Assembly (NCBI GenBank): GCA_903919035.1
Contig: CAIXGY010000003.1
Coordinates: 1 to 63,237, forward strand
DNA from: an uncultured Planctomycetaceae bacterium
GTDB lineage: Bacteria; Planctomycetota; Planctomycetia; Pirellulales; UBA1268
Reading direction: 5' to 3'
Length of the DNA stretch: 63,237 bases
Each line of letters starts with the position of its first letter. The first letter of the stretch is position 1. The position numbers were made by a program, and so were the translations under genes. Shown one piece after another: positions 58,835 through 63,237 of the stretch. The notes beneath the pieces were generated by a model. The model had not been told where the DNA came from. It worked only from the letters and a program-made list of their open reading frames with translations, and did not search any database.

Positions 58835-60432
58835 TGCCCATGGCCCGCGACGCCGAGCCCGTATTCGTGGCCGGAGCCTGGCGGCCGGCCGACATGGCCG
58901 GCACGTTTCGGGCGATCGACCCGACGACCGGTCGCGAGCACGAGACGGTCTGGCCGGTGAGCCGCTGGTCCGACGTTCATGCTGCGCTCGAGGCCGCCGC
59001 GGAGGCGGCGGCCGATCTTGGGCGCTTGCCCGATGCGCAACGCGGCGATTTCCTCCGGCGGTATGCCGCACGACTCGAAGCCGCGGCCAGGGATCTCGTG
59101 GCGGTCGCCGCCAGGGAGAGCGGGCTCGCCGTGCGGCCGCGGTTGGCCGACGTCGAACTGCCGAGGATGCTCGACCAACTGCGGCAGGCTGCCGCCGCCG
59201 CCACCGAAGGCACCTGGCGAATGGCCATGATCGACTCCGTGCGGAACATCCGCTCGCAGGCGGTCGGCCTCGGACCGGTGGTCGTGTTTCCCCCCGGGAA
59301 CTTCCCGCTCGCCTACGGCGCCGTGACTGGCGGTGACTTCGCCGCGGCGATCGCTGCAGGCAATCCGGTGATCGCCAAGGCACATCCCGCGTTGCCAGGC
59401 GTGTCGCGGCTGGCGGCCGAACTCGCGGCCGATGCCATGCGCGAGACGGGCCTGCCGGCGGCGACCGTGCAGTTGTTGCACGGCCTCGCACCGGACGACG
59501 GCGAACGGCTCGTGGCCGATCCGCGGGTGGGCGCGAGCGGCTTCACCGGCGGCGAGGCGGCCGGCCGCCGACTGCTCGCCGCGGCCGCGGCCGGCGGGCG
59601 GGTGATGTGGGCGGAAATGGGGAGCGTGAACCCGGTCGTCCTCCTGTCCGGTGCGCTGGCCGCCCGCGGTGGTGAGATCGCCGGTGAGTTGGCGGCGAGC
59701 GTCACCGGATCAGCGGGGCAACTCTGCACGAAGCCCGGCCTCGTCTTTGTAGTCGGCGATGCTGCCGGCCGGGCGTTCATCGCTGCGCTCGCAGAGCGCT
59801 TCGGCACGGTGGGGCCGCAGGTGCTCCTGGGACCTGCCGGTACGACGCGGTTCGACGCGGCGGTTGCCGGCCTTCGTGCGGCGGGGGCGACACCGCTCGT
59901 CGGCGCCATCGGCCCCGTTCCCGGCTCGGGGCCGTGCGCGCGGCTGCCGATGCTCCTCGAATGTTCCGGCGTTGAGTTTCTCCGGCGGCCCGATGCGTTC
60001 GTCGTCGAGGCCTTCGGCAACGCGACGCTGCTCGTGACCTGCGCCGACATCGCCGAACTGTCCCGGGCCGTCCTGCACGTCCGCGGTGCGCTCGCCGCGA
60101 GTGTCTACCTGGCGGCCGGCGACGAGGCTGCATGGGTGCCGCTCGCGCGGGTGCTCGTGGAGCGGTCGGGACGGGTCGTGGAGAACAGGATGCCGACCGG
60201 TCTGGCCGTCACGCCGCCGATGCAGCACGGCGGCCCGTGGCCGTCAGCCACGCCGCCCTTCTTCACGGCAGTGGGCATGCCGTGGTCGATCCTGCGGTTT
60301 GCCCGGCGCGTCTGCCTGGACGGCTGGTCGCAGGAGCATCTGCCGGAGATGCTTCGCGACGCCGTCCCTGAGGGACGGCCGTGGCGGTTCATCGACGGTG
60401 CGTGGACCCGCGGGGCCGTCACGCCCGCGTGA
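58834..60432 (+). CDS. Aldehyde dehydrogenase family protein (2,5-dioxovalerate/alpha-ketoglutaric semialdehyde dehydrogenase-like)
   Basis: FPPGNFPLAY, NPVI.KAHP..P, EMGSVNPVV (Glu), GQLCTKPG (Cys). ATG overlaps the upstream stop (TGATG). Confidence 0.8.
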   Translation: MPMARDAEPVFVAGAWRPADMAGTFRAIDPTTGREHETVWPVSRWSDVHAALEAAAEAAADLGRLPDAQRGDFLRRYAARLEAAARDLVAVAARESGLAVRPRLADVELPRMLDQLRQAAAAATEGTWRMAMIDSVRNIRSQAVGLGPVVVFPPGNFPLAYGAVTGGDFAAAIAAGNPVIAKAHPALPGVSRLAAELAADAMRETGLPAATVQLLHGLAPDDGERLVADPRVGASGFTGGEAAGRRLLAAAAAGGRVMWAEMGSVNPVVLLSGALAARGGEIAGELAASVTGSAGQLCTKPGLVFVVGDAAGRAFIAALAERFGTVGPQVLLGPAGTTRFDAAVAGLRAAGATPLVGAIGPVPGSGPCARLPMLLECSGVEFLRRPDAFVVEAFGNATLLVTCADIAELSRAVLHVRGALAASVYLAAGDEAAWVPLARVLVERSGRVVENRMPTGLAVTPPMQHGGPWPSATPPFFTAVGMPWSILRFARRVCLDGWSQEHLPEMLRDAVPEGRPWRFIDGAWTRGAVTPA

Positions 60433-61573
60433 ATGCCCGCGTGAGTCGGCGGATCGCCTCCTCGAGGCGATCGGTCGGGCAGCCGGCATTGATCCGAATG
60501 AACCCCGGCGCGCCGAAATCCCGTCCGTCGGAAGTGCCCAGGCCGGCCGCCTCACACGCAGACTGCGGATCGGCCACGCCCGTGCCGCGGCAGTCGATCC
60601 ACGCGAGATACGTGGCCTGCGCCGGCGCGCAGGCGAGACCCGGAATCCGGGCCACGGCCTCCTGGATCAGGTTGCGGTGGCGTTCGAGCAGCGCGACGAG
60701 TCGGCGGCGCCAGGCATCGCCATGCCGCCAGGCGGCCTCGGCGGCGGCGTAGCCGAGAGGATTCACCATCGGTACCAGGCCGCCACCCGCCGGTCGGAAC
60801 CGCGACCTGAGCGCGGGATCCGGCAGGATGGCCGCCGCACAGGAGAGCCCGGCCAGGTTCCAGGTCTTCGAGGGCGCGGTGAGGGTGACGGCCCGCCGCG
60901 CGGCGGGATGGTCGAGGCTCGCGAATGGCACGTGGGCGAGGCCATCGAGGACGAGGTCGCTCCAGATCTCGTCGCTGACGACGACGAGGCCGTGCCGCTC
61001 GGCGACATCGGCGATCGCGAGCAGGTCCGATCGGGAGAAGACCGTTCCCGTGGGATTGTGTGGATGGCACAACCAGAGGAGTTTCGCGTCGCGGCAGGCG
61101 CGATCGAAGGCCGCGAAGTCGATCGCCCAGCCACGTTCGCCCTGCAGGAGCGGCACGCGTTCGACCCGCCGGCCGGCGAGACCCGGGAGCGTGAGAAACG
61201 GTGGATAGACGGGCGTCAGGGTGACGATGGCGGCGCCGGGATCGGCCAGGAGCCGGGCGGTGAGGGCCAGGCCGGTGACGACCCCGGGCGTGCCGACGAT
61301 CCGCGCGGGATCGACCTGCCAGCCGTGCAGCGTGGCCAGATGCGCGGCGAGGGAGGCCGCGAAGCCAGGTGGGTCGTGGGTGTATCCGAAAACACCGTGG
61401 TCGACGCGGACGTGGATCGCGGCGAGGACTTCCGGCGGTGCCCGGAAGTCCATGTCGGCGACCCAGACGGGGATGATGTCCCGATCCTGCCAGCGATCCC
61501 ACTTCTCCGAACCGGTGCCCGTACGGTCGGGGCATGATGCGAACGCGGGATCGAGTGCGGGATGCGGGATCAT
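60419..61573 (-). CDS. PatB/MalY-type PLP-dependent C-S lyase (class I/II aminotransferase fold)
   Basis: DR.GTGSEKWD, PVWVADMDF..PP.V, C.PHNPTG.VF, SDEIW.DL, and APSKT.N.AGL (PLP-Lys). The ORF-track extension to 62104 is rejected. Confidence 0.8.
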   Translation of the reverse strand: MIPHPALDPAFASCPDRTGTGSEKWDRWQDRDIIPVWVADMDFRAPPEVLAAIHVRVDHGVFGYTHDPPGFAASLAAHLATLHGWQVDPARIVGTPGVVTGLALTARLLADPGAAIVTLTPVYPPFLTLPGLAGRRVERVPLLQGERGWAIDFAAFDRACRDAKLLWLCHPHNPTGTVFSRSDLLAIADVAERHGLVVVSDEIWSDLVLDGLAHVPFASLDHPAARRAVTLTAPSKTWNLAGLSCAAAILPDPALRSRFRPAGGGLVPMVNPLGYAAAEAAWRHGDAWRRRLVALLERHRNLIQEAVARIPGLACAPAQATYLAWIDCRGTGVADPQSACEAAGLGTSDGRDFGAPGFIRINAGCPTDRLEEAIRRLTRAFTRA

Positions 61574-61601
61574 GGCAGCGGCGAGTGTACCGCCGCCGGC
61601 T

Positions 61602-62867
61602 TCATGCGTAGCGGTAGACCGCGGCCATACCGCTCTCGGTCGGCATGGCGATCCGCGAGAGCGACACCACCGTGCCCCCCTTCGCGAGCACCGTCTCGGC
61701 GACGGCGCCGAACAGGTCCTCGCCTCCGGCCGCCGCTTGGTCGCCGGTCCGCGACAGGTCCCCGACCGGATCGCCGTCGAACTCGATGGCCCCGCTGCCA
61801 CGGTCGAAGCGTCCCACCTCGAACCGGTCGGCCTCGACGAGCAGCGCGGCCACCTGGCCGGCCACGGCGGCCCGGGCCACGTCGGCGAGGTCGTCGGCCC
61901 CGAGGCCGCGGTCACGGGCCACCTCGAAGGCGCGGATCTCGCGGGCGATCCGGGCTTCGCGGGAGCGGGTGAAGACCGGCACGATGCGGCTGCCGAGGTC
62001 TTCGGTCGTGAGCAGGTGCGGATCGAGATCGACGTATTCCTCGATGAGGAAAGGATTTCCGGCGAGGCCGCGAAAGGCGGCCGCCAGCCGCGCCGCCGCG
62101 ACAAGCACCAAGGGCGACTCGCTCCGCGTCGACACCTGGGCGGTCACGATCTCGTCGACGTGTCGCAGAAAGATCTCGGTGTCGCGATCCACGTCGTCGT
62201 GCTTCGAGCCGAAGCCGCCGTGCACGAACGCCGTCGCGGCGTCGCCCGTGGGGCCCATGCCGTGCTTCACGCGATGCGGCTCGAGGGTCTCCGGGGTCAC
62301 CACGTCGGCCGGCGTCAACTGCTCGACGGGCCCGCTTCCAGGCAGGGCGACGAGCGACACCGGATCGAGCCGCTCCGCGACCGCACCCCGCGGATCGTGC
62401 CAGATTCGGCCCGCCCAGACCCGCGCCGAGCGGCTTGTCAGCGCGAGGACGTCACAGCGGTCGAGCGCCGTCACGGCGCGGATCAGCGGCATGGTGTGGA
62501 AGCGGGCGGCGGCCATCGCGAGCGGCTGCACTGGCCGCTGGAGCTGGAACACCCGCCCGCGCCCGTCGGCGGCGAGCACGGCCAGGCCATCCCGCGCATG
62601 TCGCCAGAAGCGGGCATCGGCCGCCAACAGCCGGAAGGGATGCAGCAGCCGCTCGATCTCGGCCCTGGGCTTCGTCGCGGACAGCGCCAACTCCAGTGCC
62701 TCGACGAGATGCACGAAGGACGGCAGGTCGACGGCGTTGTCGGGAACGGTGCGATGCGTCGGCAGGTAGAGGGACAGGCACGGGGGCGGTGGCGGTGCGA
62801 GCAGGGCCCGCACGGCCTCGAGCGCGAGCGGCTCGAACGCGAGGATGTCACCCGACCCTGCCGCCAT
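61602..62867 (-). CDS. Bacterial eRF1/Pelota-like protein (baeRF family, most like family 3)
   Basis: N-terminal CLSLYLPTHR block, central VHGGFGSK loop, and a C-terminal module ending ...GGTVVSLS......ESGMAAVYRYA, like the eRF1 domain-3 ending (G.AILRY). Start at ATG 62867 with GGGAGGA upstream. Confidence 0.55.
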   Translation of the reverse strand: MAAGSGDILAFEPLALEAVRALLAPPPPPCLSLYLPTHRTVPDNAVDLPSFVHLVEALELALSATKPRAEIERLLHPFRLLAADARFWRHARDGLAVLAADGRGRVFQLQRPVQPLAMAAARFHTMPLIRAVTALDRCDVLALTSRSARVWAGRIWHDPRGAVAERLDPVSLVALPGSGPVEQLTPADVVTPETLEPHRVKHGMGPTGDAATAFVHGGFGSKHDDVDRDTEIFLRHVDEIVTAQVSTRSESPLVLVAAARLAAAFRGLAGNPFLIEEYVDLDPHLLTTEDLGSRIVPVFTRSREARIAREIRAFEVARDRGLGADDLADVARAAVAGQVAALLVEADRFEVGRFDRGSGAIEFDGDPVGDLSRTGDQAAAGGEDLFGAVAETVLAKGGTVVSLSRIAMPTESGMAAVYRYA

Positions 62868-63057
62868 CGGATCCTCCCGGCCGCCTGTCGCGTGCCGTGT
62901 CCGGGCGTTCGTGCCGACGTCGGCCGCGGCACCCGCCGCCGCGCCGTTGTCCTCTGCCGCTGCGGGAGCCATTCTTGGAACGCCGACGATGCGTGGGCAA
63001 GCGGCGTCGCCTGCCGCCGGTTGCGACTGGCAGGACAGTTCTGTGCGGGAGGCAGCC

Positions 63058-63237
63058 ATGCGTCATGACGTCGTCGCGATCGTGCTCGCGGGCGGGGCCG
63101 CCAGGCGGCTCGGTCGGCTCGCGGCCGCGGGCAAGGCGGCGGTCGAGTGCGGAGGCCGGACGCTGCTCGACCGCGTGTGCACGGCGCTCGCGGCGGAGGT
63201 GCCGCGGGTCGTCGTGGTGGCGGCTCGCGACACCGCG
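63058..63237 (+). CDS. MobA-like NTP transferase (molybdenum cofactor guanylyltransferase family), 5' partial
   Basis: My own translation: MRHDVVAIVLAGGAARRLG...GK......GRTLLDRV. GGGAGG lies upstream of the ATG. Runs off the window end. Confidence 0.55.
   Translation, partial: MRHDVVAIVLAGGAARRLGRLAAAGKAAVECGGRTLLDRVCTALAAEVPRVVVVAARDTA

Noticed and set aside
60419-60432. A 14-nt convergent overlap of the aldehyde dehydrogenase and C-S lyase 3' ends.
   Set aside because: Short convergent overlaps are common in compact high-GC genomes. No structure or signal is associated with it.
61574-62104. A 177-aa N-terminal extension of the C-S lyase ORF (561 aa in the track).
   Set aside because: It overlaps the 3' part of the baeRF-like gene in another frame and is Pro/Ser/Arg-rich. 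The aminotransferase fold begins at MIPHPALD (ATG at 61573).

Overview
This is a very G+C-rich bacterial chromosome segment. By inference it is from Planctomycetota: it has a DUF1559 protein with a prepilin-type N-terminus, several sulfatases, an SHD1-domain protein and PQQ-like beta-propellers. All family names come from reading the translated ORFs and recalling motifs; no searches were run.

Most of the window is densely packed core genes:
- hisI, aqpZ, dgkA, a galT-like gene, bioD, feoAB and groESL
- an anti-sigma partner-switching pair
- a CDF transporter, rhodanese and uxaC
- a histidine kinase with an NtrC-like regulator
- a sigma-70 factor, apt, mnmA and floA
- actP with its DUF485 partner
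- a sulfatase/ThuA/propeller cluster
- pgk, yidR, class II RNR nrdJ, pfpI, birA and an FKBP isomerase
- the replication locus gyrB-DUF721-dnaN-dnaA-like
- cysteine desulfurase, aminotransferases and an aldehyde dehydrogenase

No CRISPR array, rRNA, transposase or integrase gene was seen. The many long ORFs antisense to real genes are high-GC shadow frames.

The observations most worth follow-up are:
1. A roughly 300-aa DnaA-like protein in the dnaA slot. It has an intact domain IV but degenerate Walker A and B motifs.
2. An eRF1/Pelota-like (baeRF-type) protein that is probably co-transcribed with a C-S lyase.
3. A self-contained transcription unit for a 20-aa poly-lysine micro-ORF.
4. A 2.5-kb A/T-richer islet at tRNA-Asn, bounded by a 14-bp repeat of the tRNA 3' end. 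It carries two DUF4160-DUF2442 cassettes and no integrase.
5. A MITE-like 124-bp element with 14-bp terminal inverted repeats, present twice.
6. A near-perfect tandem duplication (132-bp period) of the leader and start region of a putative outer-membrane barrel gene.
7. An NtrC-type regulator lacking the GAFTGA loop.
8. A polypeptide that fuses two sulfatase modules.

I did not recognise a clear multi-gene novel system such as a defence system or a biosynthetic cluster.
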